Assembly: GCF_004010195.1 (NCBI RefSeq)
Contig: NC_057719.1
Location: 9,968,170 to 10,032,169 of the forward strand
Direction of reading: 5' to 3'
DNA: 64,000 nt
Source of the DNA: Chiloscyllium plagiosum
Lineage: Eukaryota
Shown here: positions 63,561-64,000 of the stretch, piece by piece
How the letters are laid out: the number at the start of each line of letters is the position of its first letter
How positions within the stretch are numbered: position 1 is the first letter of the stretch
Made by a program: the position numbers and the translations under genes
The notes under the pieces: generated by a model
What the model saw: the letters and a program-made list of their open reading frames with translations, nothing else
The model's database searches: none
Told to the model about the DNA's origin: nothing

Positions 63561-64000
63561 TTTTCAACTACATGGATTGGGAAATTGCAGAGATTGTGCA
63601 TGTGTTCTATATCAGGATATAGTTCAATATTGGATTGGGCATCTTTTCCCAATGGACAGCAGGTAGAATGAAATAACTTGTTTTGTCTCATTATGATAGT
63701 GCAAGGCCTTGATGGACGGCAATGGGAACAGCTCTTAATGGGGAAGAGGTTTGTGAATTACAAAATGTACAGTTAGGCAACACAAAGGTGCTGTATAATG
63801 GCTGGCATGGTCACCTGGCAACGTCGAACACTGAAAGTAACTGGAGAGGAATTCGACATATTCTCAAATTCCCTATGTGGCCATGTGAGTTTTTATTTCT
63901 GGGTTATTGTGCTCTCTTCAGGGATTGCATGATTGATAGTGATAGTGAGATTGGTCTGTGAGCATGTGGAATCAGGTGCCTAACCGTGACGTTTCTCCAA

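Overview
Eukaryotic, repeat-dense intronic or intergenic DNA. It is almost certainly from a shark or ray (inference from many HE1-type V-SINEs and their HER1/CR1 partner LINEs). There is no intact long ORF, and the ORF track is mostly TE debris. The window contains decayed CR1/HER1, L2-like, Rex1/Babar and Tx1 LINE fragments, several SINE families, Penelope-like element (PLE) GIY-YIG fragments, an LTR-like element, one 601-N gap and one candidate 42-nt host exon (733-774, minus). Three things stand out. (1) More than a dozen short non-coding PLE-derived insertions from at least 4 sequence families share one layout: inverted arm, sense arm with a minimal hammerhead ribozyme core, ~30-35 nt tail, and often a 12-16 bp target-site duplication (TSD). 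Their stems co-vary between families. (2) About five 5'-truncated Tx1 copies are stacked at one position inside an LTR-like element, with the target motif (A)GGAGTGT repeated between them, suggesting an LTR-targeting site-specific retrotransposon. (3) A ~220 bp near-perfect inverted duplication starts at a hammerhead core. Boundaries of old repeats are read by eye and are approximate. Family names come from recalled motifs, not database searches.
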